Assembly (NCBI GenBank): GCA_965204755.1
Contig: OZ242011.1
Span: 2,656,001-2,720,000, forward strand
Direction of reading: 5' to 3'
Origin: Candidatus Marinacidobacterium sp.
Lineage (GTDB): Bacteria > Acidobacteriota > Vicinamibacteria > Marinacidobacterales > Marinacidobacteraceae
Length of the DNA: 64,000 nt
Positions 38,735 to 48,539 of the stretch are shown here, one piece after another. The notes below the pieces were generated by a model, which saw only the letters and a list, made by a program, of their open reading frames with translations, did not search any database and was not told the DNA's origin. The position numbers and the translations under genes are program-made. How positions within the stretch are numbered: position 1 is the stretch's first letter; every line of letters begins with the position of its first letter.

Positions 38735-39337
38735 TCAGCCCCGGCGGAAGAGGTAGTCGGCGAAACTCGGGATGCCCAGTTCCCATGTTCCCGGCCGGAC
38801 CGACCACACCACTCCCAAGTCGGTCAACTCCTGCCGCAGCCCGAGATCGTCGAACGGGACGGAATCGCGCTCCGCGAGAGGCCGGAGCAGGGACTTGAGG
38901 GCGGAGGCCGGCACTTCGCCGCCATGCTCCGCGAAGAGCAGCGCCAAGGGCTTCAGTACGGGCTCGATGCGCCGGGATTCGGCCTCCTCGTAACGGCCCT
39001 CGTAGAACCGCTCGATCGGCGCCACCGCCTCGGCCGCGCCGCGCCGCGCGAGGGAGAGCGGGATGTCGGGGGCGCCGGCGCGGTCCGCGGCCTTCCAGGC
39101 GGCGCTGCCGAGGAGTTGGACGAAGTACGGGTAGTCCTGCGACTGCTCCGCCAACAGGGCGGCCGCGTCTTCCGCGATCGGGCGGCCGGCGGCACTCGCC
39201 GGCTCCGTCAGGGCCGCCTTCGTCTCGGGGCGCGCGAGGCGGCCCACCGGGACCTGGGCGAACCCGCGTTCGTTGTAGGTGGCGGCCTGCCGCAGCCGGC
39301 GCGGCGCGTCGGGAGTCCCGGCCGCCAGCACGAGGAA
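38735..39337. repeat. 603-bp direct repeat, copy 1 (3' half of ATPase paralog 3)
   Basis: Matches 39961-40563 at offset 1226, with about 6 mismatches by manual alignment. Confidence 0.9.
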
Positions 39338-39838
39338 GGGAGCGGCGCGGGGTTTCGCCTGCTGGACGCCGTCGAAGAACGCCGGCGCCACCTCCGGGGC
39401 CAGCGACTGCACCTCGTCCAGGACGATGACCAGCGGCCGATCGGGTGTGGCGTTGCTCCACGATACGAGCAGTCGCATGATGTTTTCGGTCGCCTCGTCA
39501 GGCGTCGCGGTCGCGCCGAAACCGGCGACCTGTACTCCCGTGAACCGGCCTTGCCGTCCGCCCGTATGTTCTTGCAGTTCGCGGACGAGTCGATCGACCC
39601 CGGAGAGCGCCGGGGTCGGCAGCGCCTCCACCCGCATTCCGCGCTCCCGGGCTCGACGCTCGATCTCCAGCAGCAGAGCCGTCTTGCCGTTGCCCCGCGG
39701 GCCGTAGAAGAGCAGATCCTCGGCGGGGGACCGGCCGGCCTCCATACGGTCGAGACGCTCGTCGGCGGCGGCCAGTTCGGAGTCGCGCCCCGCGAGCAGC
39801 GGGGGCAGGACACCTCTTCCGGGCTGGAACGGATTCAT
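38735..39838 (-). CDS. AAA ATPase paralog 3
   Basis: MNPFQPGRGVLPPLLAGRD, YGPRGNGKT, VLDEVQ, WELGIPSFADYL. Alternative start at 39850. Confidence 0.85.
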   Translation of the reverse strand: MNPFQPGRGVLPPLLAGRDSELAAADERLDRMEAGRSPAEDLLFYGPRGNGKTALLLEIERRARERGMRVEALPTPALSGVDRLVRELQEHTGGRQGRFTGVQVAGFGATATPDEATENIMRLLVSWSNATPDRPLVIVLDEVQSLAPEVAPAFFDGVQQAKPRAAPFLVLAAGTPDAPRRLRQAATYNERGFAQVPVGRLARPETKAALTEPASAAGRPIAEDAAALLAEQSQDYPYFVQLLGSAAWKAADRAGAPDIPLSLARRGAAEAVAPIERFYEGRYEEAESRRIEPVLKPLALLFAEHGGEVPASALKSLLRPLAERDSVPFDDLGLRQELTDLGVVWSVRPGTWELGIPSFADYLFRRG

Positions 39839-39960
39839 GGTGGCGATCATCCGCCGGAACAGCATAGCCAAGCCGATGCCCGGCGCGACGCCGCGGTCAG
39901 AAGCCGCGGGAGAGGCCGATCCCCGGGCCCCGGAACACGGCCAACCGCCCGACCGGAGTG

Positions 39961-40563
39961 TCAGCCCCGGCGGAAGAGGTAGTCGGCGAAACTCGGGATG
40001 CCCATTTCCCATGTTCCCGGCCGGACCGACCACACCACTCCCAAGTCGGTCAACTCCTGCCGCAGCCCGAGATCGTCGAACGGGACGGAATCGCGCTCCG
40101 CGAGAGGCCGGAGCAGGGACTTGAGGGCGGAGGCCGGCACTTCGCCGCCATGCTCCGCGAAGAGCAGCGCCAAGGGCTTCAGTACGGGCTCGATGCGCCG
40201 GGATTCGGCCTCCTCGTAACGGCCCTCGTAGAACCGCTCGATCGGCGCCACCGCCTCGGCCGCGCCGCGCCGCGCGAGGGAGAGCGGGATGTCGGGGGCG
40301 CCGGCGCGGTCCGCGGCCTTCCAGGCGGCGCTGCCGAGGAGTTGGACGAAGTACGGGTAGTCCTGCGACTGCTCCGCCAACAGGGCGGCCGCGTCTTCCG
40401 CGATCGGGCGGCCGGCGGCTTTCGCCGGCTCCGTCAGGGCCGCCTTCGTCTCGGATCGCGCGAGGCGGCCCACCGGGACCTGGGCGAACCCGCGTTCGTT
40501 GTAGGTGGCGGCCTGCCGCAACCGGCGCGGCGCGTCGGGAGTCCCGGCCGCCAGCACGAGGAA
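39961..40563. repeat. 603-bp direct repeat, copy 2 (3' half of ATPase paralog 4)
   Basis: Matches 38735-39337. Confidence 0.9.
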
Positions 40564-41076
40564 CGGGGCGTGGCCGGACTTCGCCCGCTGGACCGCGTCG
40601 AAGAACCCGCGGGCGGCTTCCGGCTTCAGGGCGTGCGCTTCGTCGAGGAGGATCACCAGAGGCCGGGAACCGGCGCCGGCCCAAGCGGCCAGCAGGTCGG
40701 AAGTGGCCGGCGGAGGCGCAGGCGGGGCCTTCGTCCCGCCGAACCCGGCCACCTGGACGCCGGTCACTTCCCCTTCGAGCGCGCCCGCCCGGTACTGCAG
40801 ATGGCGGACGAGTTCGGTCCGGTCGGTGAGCGCGTCGACCGGCAGGTCATCCACCCGGAGACGGCGCTGCCGCGCCCGCCGTTCGATTTCGAGCAGCAGG
40901 GTCGTCTTGCCGTTCCCGCGCGGGCCGTAGAGCAGCAGGTCCTGCGCCGGCATCTTCCCTTCGGCGAGCCCGTCGAGCAGAGCGTCGGCCTCGGCGAGTT
41001 GCGGCTCCCGTCCCGCGAGGAAGGGCGGAGCCACCCCGCGCCCCGGCGTGAACGGGTTGGCCGCGATTCCGCTCAT
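39961..41076 (-). CDS. AAA ATPase paralog 4
   Basis: NPFTPGRGVAPPFLAGRE, YGPRGNGKT, LLDEAH, WEMGIPSFADYL. Confidence 0.87.
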   Translation of the reverse strand: MSGIAANPFTPGRGVAPPFLAGREPQLAEADALLDGLAEGKMPAQDLLLYGPRGNGKTTLLLEIERRARQRRLRVDDLPVDALTDRTELVRHLQYRAGALEGEVTGVQVAGFGGTKAPPAPPPATSDLLAAWAGAGSRPLVILLDEAHALKPEAARGFFDAVQRAKSGHAPFLVLAAGTPDAPRRLRQAATYNERGFAQVPVGRLARSETKAALTEPAKAAGRPIAEDAAALLAEQSQDYPYFVQLLGSAAWKAADRAGAPDIPLSLARRGAAEAVAPIERFYEGRYEEAESRRIEPVLKPLALLFAEHGGEVPASALKSLLRPLAERDSVPFDDLGLRQELTDLGVVWSVRPGTWEMGIPSFADYLFRRG

Positions 41077-41355
41077 TCCTGCAGGATAACCCCGGCATCG
41101 CGAGTCCCGGGGGCTGCCCTCGACGAGAGGGCGCTCCTCGTCGTTTCACGAAAACTCGCCACCGCGACCTCCGGGGCGGTTCGGCGGCGCGGGCATCCGG
41201 GGCGGTCGCGCCGGGCTCGGCTGCCCCTGCCGACCGCGCCCGCGCTCCCGGCGGGGGGCGCTCGCGCCGTCCGCCGGCGTTTCTTGCTAACTTTCGGATT
41301 TCCGGCGGCGCCCTCGGACCACCGCGCCGCCGCGTTCCACGGGAGGGGACTCCGG

Positions 41356-44300
41356 ATGAAGACGACCGGGTTTCGATCGGCGGCGGCTCTGGCGGGTCTC
41401 GCGCTGTCGCTGGCCGCCGGCGCGGCGGCGGGGGCCGCCGGCGCGCAGACCTTCGAGGGGCGGGTCCACGGGGACATCCACGACCCCGACGGCGGTGTCA
41501 TGCCCGGCGTCACCGTGACCCTCACCGACGACGAGACCGGCGCGGCGCGCACCGCCGTCTCCTCCCGGGTCGGCGAGTTCAGTTTCGACCACCTGCGTCC
41601 GGGGACCTACACCCTCCGCGCCGAGTTGAGCGGGTTCGCCCCCTTCGTGCGCGAAGGCCTGGTCGTCGGGATTTCCTCGTTCGTGGTCGTGGACGCCGAG
41701 TTGGTCATCGGCGGCATCGAAGAGACGATCACGGTAACCGCCGAGACGCCGCTCATCGAGTCGGCCAGCGCCTCGGTGGCTTCGGCGGTGGACCGGGAAC
41801 AACTCGAAGTCCTGCCGTCGCCGGGCCGCAATGTGTTCATCATGTCCGTCGGGACGCCGAATGTGGTGCACACCGGCAACCCGGTCTGGGTGAAACCGTC
41901 CGACCAGACGAACGCCAGCCTGCTGTCGCTGGGCGGCGGGCCGCTCCGGGGAAACAACTACACGATGGACGGGGTTTCCATCACGGACCTGCGCAACCGG
42001 GCGATCGTGGTTCCTTCGTTCGAGTCCATCCAGGAGATGAAGGTGCAGACGAACACCTACGACGCGGAGATGGGTCGCACCGGCGGCGGGGTGTTCAATG
42101 TGATCCACCGGCGGGGGTCGAACCTCTGGAGCGGCAGCGCGCTGTTCCAGACCCGCCCCCGGCGCTTGAACACCTTCTTCCGCAAGTTGGCGTTCTTCCA
42201 GCAGCGCGACCTCGACCGGGGCGCGATCACCGAGGCGGACCTGGTGGAGGCGCCGTTCTATCTCGGCGCCGGCTCCTTCGGCGGGCCGATCGTCCGCGAC
42301 CGGACCTTCTTCTTCCTCTCCGCCGAGGGCTACTACGACGAACTGCTCGGGAACACCACGGTGCGCCTTCCGAGCGCGGCCGAGGCGGCGGGCGACTTCT
42401 CGGCGGGCGGGCGGACGATCTACGACCCGCTCGACCAGGACGCGAACGGGAACCGCCGCCCGTTCCCGGGGAATGTGATTCCGGCGGAGCGGATCGATCC
42501 CACGGGTTCCGCGCTGGCGCGGATGCTGACGACGCTGGGAAGCGGCGGGGTGCACTCCACCTCCGGGCCGGAACCCATCAGCGCGATCGTGACCACCGGG
42601 AACCTGAACCATTCCTTCTCTTCGACCCTCCAGGCATCGGCGACCTACATGTATTACAAGTCGTCCGACATCTTCAACAAGCACTACGCGGACCTGCTGA
42701 ACACGGACGATTCCCCGGCCTTCGGCCCGGGCGGCTCCGACCTGAGGCGCGTGGTGCGCGCCGGGGCGCTGAACACCACCCTGCTGCCGGACGACTCCTC
42801 GGTGCTGACGCTGCGCTACGGACAGACCTACTTCGACGACTCCTATGTGAACCTGCCGTACTCCGCCGCCGACTTCCGCAGCGAACTCGGCCTGACCGGG
42901 GATTTCGTGGACAAGTTGTACGCCCAACCGGACTACCTCGGGCAGTTCCCGCTGGTCGAAGTGGCCGACTACGGCGACGGCGGCCGCACCCACGGCGCCT
43001 GGTCCAACTCCGATGTGCAGTGGACTTCGCGCGAAGTCAGCGGCGCGTACTCCACCAGCCGGGGCCACCACACCCTGAAGGTCGGCGGCCAATGGCGGCG
43101 GATGGGCCTCCGCGCCACCGAGTACCGCAACGGCCTGCGCCTGGGATTCCGGCAGAACTTCACGCAGGGCCCGAATCCGACCGCGCCGGCGGAAGGCAGC
43201 GGCGACGCGCTCGCCGACCTGCTGCTCGGCATCCCCTCCTCCGGGCAGGTGACCCTCGCCCAGCCGGCCGATGTGTTCGTGGACTACTTCGGCGCGTTCG
43301 TCCAGGACGACTGGCATCCGACCCACGACCTGGTGCTGAATCTCGGTCTCCGCGTCGAGCGCGAAACGGGCCTCCGGGAGGACGACGACGGGTTCGCCGT
43401 CGGTTGGGACCGTGAGAACCCGTTCCCGGTCCAGGCGGCGCCGCCGGCCGGGCTCGATCCGGCATCGCTCCCCGGCTTCCCCCTGCGCGGCGGCCTGCTC
43501 TACGCCGGAGTGGACGGGAACCCCACCCACCAGTGGAATCCGCCGGCGGTGAAACTCGGGCCGCGCGTCGGTTTCGCCTGGACCGCCGGGCCGAACACCG
43601 TCGTTCGCGGCGGTTACGCGGTCTTCTGGGCGCCCTACGCCCTGCCTTCCGGAACGGACGCGAGCAGTCTCGGCACCTACGGCTACAGCGAGGTCACCAG
43701 CGTCCCGACCAGTTTCGACGGCGTGACCCCGCCGGAAGCGACGGCTTCCAACCCGTTTCCCGACGGGGTGTCCGACCCGGTGGGGAACCGGCGCGGGCGT
43801 TTCCAGAACATCGGGGGGAATGTCTATTTCAACGAGCAGTTCCGGGCCTCGCCGTACATCCAGAAGTGGTCGCTCGACTTCCAGCGCGAACTCGGCTTCG
43901 GTTTGGTCGCGAAGGTCGGCTATGTCGGCAGCCGGGGGACGAACCTGGGCATCGGCGGAACCGAAGACGCGGTCATCAACATCAACCAACTGCCGGACTC
44001 CGCGCTCGCGCTCGGCGAGGAGGCCCTGAACTCACCGGTCGCCAACCCGTTCCACGGCGACGACCGCTTCGGCGCCTTCGCCGGACGGGAGACGCTGCCC
44101 TACGCGCAGTTGCTGCGGCCGTATCCGCACTTCCGCAATGTCCTGGCGCGTCATGTCAGCGCCGGCCGGTCCTTCTACAACTCGCTCCGGATGGAACTGG
44201 AGAAGCGTTTCCGGGGGAGTTGGGGCGCCCGCGTGAACTACACCTTCACCCGCCACGACGACAACATCTACGAAGGGAACACGCTCCTCGAGAGCGAGAC

Positions 44301-44898
44301 CGTCACCGTGTACGACACTCCCGACGAATGCGCGTTCTCGAAGTGCCCGGTGGTGGAGGGCGACTACGGCCCGGCGCGCATCCATGTGCCGCACCAGTTG
44401 AACATCAACGGCAGTTACTACCTGCCCGGGGACCACCTGCTCTACGGCGGCTGGTCGCTCTCGGTGGCCGCCATCATGCGCAGCGGGTTCCCGCTGGTGG
44501 TGACCCAGGCCGCGAATCCGCTCGCCTCCTACGGCTTCGACCACCAGCGCCCGGCGAACCTGGCGATCGGCGCCGGAGGTTCCGCCGCCGCCGACCCGGA
44601 GAACTATGTGCTTCCCGGTTCCACCACCCCGAGCGAGGGGCTGACGGTCAGCGCCGCCCCCCACACCACCGACCAGGTGCGCACGCCGCCCCTGCTGAAC
44701 TGGGATGTCTCGCTGGAGAAGACCACCCGCCTCGGCGGCGACGCGGAACTGCGCCTGCGCTTCGAGTTCATCAACCTGTTCAACCAGGTGAACTGGCGCG
44801 GCCCCCGCACCGTGCTGGGGGCGGACACTTTCGGGAGCATCCCGGGAACCCGCGGGTATCCGAGAACGCTCCAGGTGATGGCCAAGGTCACCTTCTGA
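41356..44898 (+). CDS. Oar-type TonB-dependent receptor, paralog B
   Basis: MKTTGFRS signal peptide, same motifs as paralog A, ends QVMAKVTF. Confidence 0.9.
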   Translation: MKTTGFRSAAALAGLALSLAAGAAAGAAGAQTFEGRVHGDIHDPDGGVMPGVTVTLTDDETGAARTAVSSRVGEFSFDHLRPGTYTLRAELSGFAPFVREGLVVGISSFVVVDAELVIGGIEETITVTAETPLIESASASVASAVDREQLEVLPSPGRNVFIMSVGTPNVVHTGNPVWVKPSDQTNASLLSLGGGPLRGNNYTMDGVSITDLRNRAIVVPSFESIQEMKVQTNTYDAEMGRTGGGVFNVIHRRGSNLWSGSALFQTRPRRLNTFFRKLAFFQQRDLDRGAITEADLVEAPFYLGAGSFGGPIVRDRTFFFLSAEGYYDELLGNTTVRLPSAAEAAGDFSAGGRTIYDPLDQDANGNRRPFPGNVIPAERIDPTGSALARMLTTLGSGGVHSTSGPEPISAIVTTGNLNHSFSSTLQASATYMYYKSSDIFNKHYADLLNTDDSPAFGPGGSDLRRVVRAGALNTTLLPDDSSVLTLRYGQTYFDDSYVNLPYSAADFRSELGLTGDFVDKLYAQPDYLGQFPLVEVADYGDGGRTHGAWSNSDVQWTSREVSGAYSTSRGHHTLKVGGQWRRMGLRATEYRNGLRLGFRQNFTQGPNPTAPAEGSGDALADLLLGIPSSGQVTLAQPADVFVDYFGAFVQDDWHPTHDLVLNLGLRVERETGLREDDDGFAVGWDRENPFPVQAAPPAGLDPASLPGFPLRGGLLYAGVDGNPTHQWNPPAVKLGPRVGFAWTAGPNTVVRGGYAVFWAPYALPSGTDASSLGTYGYSEVTSVPTSFDGVTPPEATASNPFPDGVSDPVGNRRGRFQNIGGNVYFNEQFRASPYIQKWSLDFQRELGFGLVAKVGYVGSRGTNLGIGGTEDAVININQLPDSALALGEEALNSPVANPFHGDDRFGAFAGRETLPYAQLLRPYPHFRNVLARHVSAGRSFYNSLRMELEKRFRGSWGARVNYTFTRHDDNIYEGNTLLESETVTVYDTPDECAFSKCPVVEGDYGPARIHVPHQLNINGSYYLPGDHLLYGGWSLSVAAIMRSGFPLVVTQAANPLASYGFDHQRPANLAIGAGGSAAADPENYVLPGSTTPSEGLTVSAAPHTTDQVRTPPLLNWDVSLEKTTRLGGDAELRLRFEFINLFNQVNWRGPRTVLGADTFGSIPGTRGYPRTLQVMAKVTF

Positions 44899-47800
44899 TG
44901 CCGGGCCGGGAGGCGCGGGCCCGCCCGTTCGCGGACTCGAGGGTGAAGACCGCGGGCCGGTCGGCGGCGGCGACGCTGGCCGGCCTCCTCCTGGCCGCCG
45001 GCGCCGCCGGCGCGCAGACCTTCGAGGGGCGGGTCCACGGGGACATCCACGACCCCGACGGCGGCGTGATGCCCGGCGTCACCGTGACCCTCACCGACGA
45101 CGAAACCGGCGCGGCGCGCACCGCGGTCTCCTCCGGGGTCGGCGAGTTCAGTTTCGACCACCTCCGACCGGGCGCTTACACCCTCCGCGCCGAGTTGAGC
45201 GGGTTCGCCCCGTTCGTCCGCGAGGGCTTGCTCGTCGGAATCTCCTCGTTCGTGGTCGTGGAAGCGGAATTGGTGGTCGGCGGCATCGAAGAGACGATCG
45301 TGGTGACCGCCGAAACCCCGCTCATCGAGTCGGCCAGCGCCTCGGTGGCGGCGGCGGTGGACCGGGAGCAACTCGATGTCCTGCCGTCGCCGGGGCGCAA
45401 TGTGTTCATCATGTCCGTCGGAACGCCGAATGTGGTCCACACCGGCAATCCGGGTTGGGTCAAGCCGTCCGACCAGACGAACGCCAGCCTGCTGTCCTTG
45501 GGCGGCGGGCCGCTCCGGGGCAACAACTACACATTGGACGGGGTTTCCATCACCGACCTGCGCAACCGGGCGATCGTCGTTCCTTCGTTCGAGTCGATCC
45601 AGGAGATGAAGGTGCAGACGAACACCTACGACGCGGAGATGGGGCGGACCGGCGGCGGGGTGTTCAATGTGATCCACCGGCGGGGGTCCAACCGGTGGAG
45701 CGGGAGCGGACTGTTCCAAGCCCGCCCCCGGCGGCTGAACACCTTCTTCCGGGAGTTGGGTTTCTTCCAGAAGCGCGACCTCGACCGGGGAGTCATCACC
45801 GAAGCGGACCTGGTGGAATCCCCGTTCTATCTCGGCGCCGGATCCCTCGGCGGGCCGATCGCGCGGGACCGCACCTTCTTCTTCCTCGCCGCCGAGGCAT
45901 ACCACGACGAACTGCTGGAGAACACCACGGTGCGCGTCCCGAGCGCGGCCGAGGCGGCGGGCGACTTCTCGGCGAGCGGGCGGACGATCTACGACCCGCT
46001 GGAGTTGGACGCGGACGGCAACCGCCGCCCGTTCCCGGGGAATGTGATTCCGCCGGCCCGGTTGGATCCGACGGGTTCGGCGCTCGCGGGACTGCTGACC
46101 ACCTTGGGGAGCGGCGGGGTGCACTCGACTTCCGGGCCGGCGCCGGTCGATGCGGTCAACACGAGCCTCAACCTGAACCATTCGTTCACCCCGGCGCTCC
46201 AAACTTCCGCGACCTTCCTCTACTACCGGTCGGGCGACACCTTCCACCGGCACTACGCCGACCTGCGGAACACGGACGATCCTCCGCTTTTCGGGCCGGG
46301 CGTCTCCCAACTGAGGCGGACGGTGCGCGCCGGGGCGCTGAACACCACCCTGCTGCCCGACGACTCCTCGGTGCTGACGCTGCGCTACGGGCAGACCTAC
46401 TTCTACGACTCCTTCGTGGCGCAGCCGTACTCCGCCTCCGACTTCCGCAGCGAACTCGGCCTGACCGGGGACTTCGTGGACAAGTTGTACGCGCAGCCGG
46501 ACTATGCCGGCCAATTCCCGCTGGTCGAGGTGGACGACTACGGCGACGGCGGCCGGACCCACGGCGCCTGGTCCAACTCCGATGTGCACTGGACTTCGCG
46601 GGAAGTCAGCGGCGCGTATTCGACCCACCGGGGCCGCCATACGGTGAAAGTCGGCGGCCAGTGGCGGCGGCTCGGCCTCCGCGCCACCGAGTACCGCAAC
46701 GGCCTGCGGCTCCGGTTCCGGCGGAACTTCACGCAGGGCCCGAACCCCGCGGCGCCGGCCGAGGGCAGCGGCGACGCGCTCGCCGACCTGCTGCTCGGCA
46801 TCCCCTCCGGCGGTCAGGCGACCCTCGCGCTGCCGGCGGAGGTGTTCGTGGACTACTTCGGCGCGTTCGTCCAAGACGACTGGCATCCGACCCACGACCT
46901 GGTGCTGAACTTGGGTCTCCGCATCGAGCGCGAAACCGGCCTCCGCGAGGACGACGACGGGTTCGCGGTCGGCTGGGACCGGGAGAACCCGTTCCCGATC
47001 CAGGTGGCGCCGCCCGCCGGGCTCGATCCGGGGGCGCTCCCCGGCTTTCCCCTGCGCGGCGGCCTGCTCTACGCCGGCGTGGACGGAAACCCCACCCACC
47101 AGTGGAATCCGCCGGCGGTGAAACTCGGGCCGCGCGTCGGTTTCGCCTGGACCGCCGGCCCGAAGACCGTCCTCCGCGGCGGTTACGCGGTCTTCTGGGC
47201 GCCCTACGCCCTGCCTTCCGGAACGGACGCGAGCAGTCTCGGAACCTACGGTTACAGCGAGGTCACCAGCGTCCCCACCAGTTTCGACGGCGTGACCCCG
47301 CCGGAAGCGACGGCGTCCCGCCCGTTCCCGGAAGGCGTCGGCGACCCGGTGGGCAACGGGCGCGGGCGGCTCCAGAACCTGGGCGCGAATGTCTATTTCA
47401 ACGAACAGTTCCGGGCGTCGCCGTACATCCAGAAGTGGTCGCTCGATGTCCAGCGCGATCTCGGCCTCGGCCTGGCGGCGAAGGTGGGTTATGTCGGCAG
47501 CCGGGGTTCGAACCTGGGGATCGGGGGCACCGAGGATTCGGTACTCAACATCAACCAGTTGCCGAATGCCGCGCTCGCCCTCGGCGGCGAGGCCCTGAAC
47601 TCGCCGGTCGCCAACCCGTTCTTCGGCGACGAGCGCTTCGGCGCGTTCGCCGAACGAAGGGAAATCCCTTACGGCCAACTGTTGCGGCCGTATCCGCATT
47701 TCCGCGATGTCCTGGCGCGGCAGGTGAGCGCCGGGAAGTCCCTCTACCACTCGCTCCGGGTGGAGGTGGAAAAGCGGTTTCGCGGCAACTGGGGAGCGCG

Positions 47801-48467
47801 GGTGAACTACACCTATACCCGGCACGACGACAACATCTACGAGGGGAACACCCTGGTCGAAAGCGAGACCACCACCGTGTACGACACGCCGGACGAATGC
47901 GCGTTCTCCCGGTGTCCGGCGCTCGAAGCCGACTACGGGCCGTCGCGGATCCAGGTCCCGCACCAGTTGAACCTCAACGGGAGTTACACCCTGCCCGGAA
48001 CCCACCGGCTCTTCGGCGGCTGGTCGCTCTCGGCGGCGGCCATCCTGCGCAACGGCTTCCCGCTGGTGGTGACCCAGGCCTCGAACCCGCTCGCCGCCTA
48101 CGGTTTCGACCACCAACGCCCGGCGACGGTCGGCGTCGCCGTCGCCGGCCCGGCGTCGGCGAACCCGGACGGCTATCTGACGCCCGGCGCCACGACGCCC
48201 GCCGAAGGACTCACCGTCAGCGCCGCCCCGCACACCACCGACCTCGCGCGCACGCCGCCCCTCGTCAACTGGGATGTGTCGCTGGAGAAGACGACGCGGC
48301 TGGCGGGCGACCTCGACCTGATGCTGCGGTTCGAGTTCCTCAACCTCTTCGACCAGGTGAATTGGCGCGGCCCCCGGACCGTCCTCGGCGCCGACGACTT
48401 CGGCGCCATCCCGGGCACGCGCGGCTTCCCCCGCACGCTGCAGTTCATGGCGAAGGTCACCTTCTGA
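44898..48467 (+). CDS. Oar-type TonB-dependent receptor, paralog C
   Basis: TGATG coupling to paralog B (alternative GTG at 44943); close duplicate of B; ends QFMAKVTF. Confidence 0.9.
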   Translation: MPGREARARPFADSRVKTAGRSAAATLAGLLLAAGAAGAQTFEGRVHGDIHDPDGGVMPGVTVTLTDDETGAARTAVSSGVGEFSFDHLRPGAYTLRAELSGFAPFVREGLLVGISSFVVVEAELVVGGIEETIVVTAETPLIESASASVAAAVDREQLDVLPSPGRNVFIMSVGTPNVVHTGNPGWVKPSDQTNASLLSLGGGPLRGNNYTLDGVSITDLRNRAIVVPSFESIQEMKVQTNTYDAEMGRTGGGVFNVIHRRGSNRWSGSGLFQARPRRLNTFFRELGFFQKRDLDRGVITEADLVESPFYLGAGSLGGPIARDRTFFFLAAEAYHDELLENTTVRVPSAAEAAGDFSASGRTIYDPLELDADGNRRPFPGNVIPPARLDPTGSALAGLLTTLGSGGVHSTSGPAPVDAVNTSLNLNHSFTPALQTSATFLYYRSGDTFHRHYADLRNTDDPPLFGPGVSQLRRTVRAGALNTTLLPDDSSVLTLRYGQTYFYDSFVAQPYSASDFRSELGLTGDFVDKLYAQPDYAGQFPLVEVDDYGDGGRTHGAWSNSDVHWTSREVSGAYSTHRGRHTVKVGGQWRRLGLRATEYRNGLRLRFRRNFTQGPNPAAPAEGSGDALADLLLGIPSGGQATLALPAEVFVDYFGAFVQDDWHPTHDLVLNLGLRIERETGLREDDDGFAVGWDRENPFPIQVAPPAGLDPGALPGFPLRGGLLYAGVDGNPTHQWNPPAVKLGPRVGFAWTAGPKTVLRGGYAVFWAPYALPSGTDASSLGTYGYSEVTSVPTSFDGVTPPEATASRPFPEGVGDPVGNGRGRLQNLGANVYFNEQFRASPYIQKWSLDVQRDLGLGLAAKVGYVGSRGSNLGIGGTEDSVLNINQLPNAALALGGEALNSPVANPFFGDERFGAFAERREIPYGQLLRPYPHFRDVLARQVSAGKSLYHSLRVEVEKRFRGNWGARVNYTYTRHDDNIYEGNTLVESETTTVYDTPDECAFSRCPALEADYGPSRIQVPHQLNLNGSYTLPGTHRLFGGWSLSAAAILRNGFPLVVTQASNPLAAYGFDHQRPATVGVAVAGPASANPDGYLTPGATTPAEGLTVSAAPHTTDLARTPPLVNWDVSLEKTTRLAGDLDLMLRFEFLNLFDQVNWRGPRTVLGADDFGAIPGTRGFPRTLQFMAKVTF

Positions 48468-48539
48468 GGTCGGCGGCCGGCCTCGCTCCACTTATCGCGG
48501 CAGGCCGGACCGGTCGGCTTCGTTTCCTATACTCACCCC

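Noticed and set aside
38735-40563. Diversity-generating retroelement template/variable repeat pair
   Set aside because: The repeat is 603 bp and coding in both copies, has few mismatches, and no reverse transcriptase is in the window.
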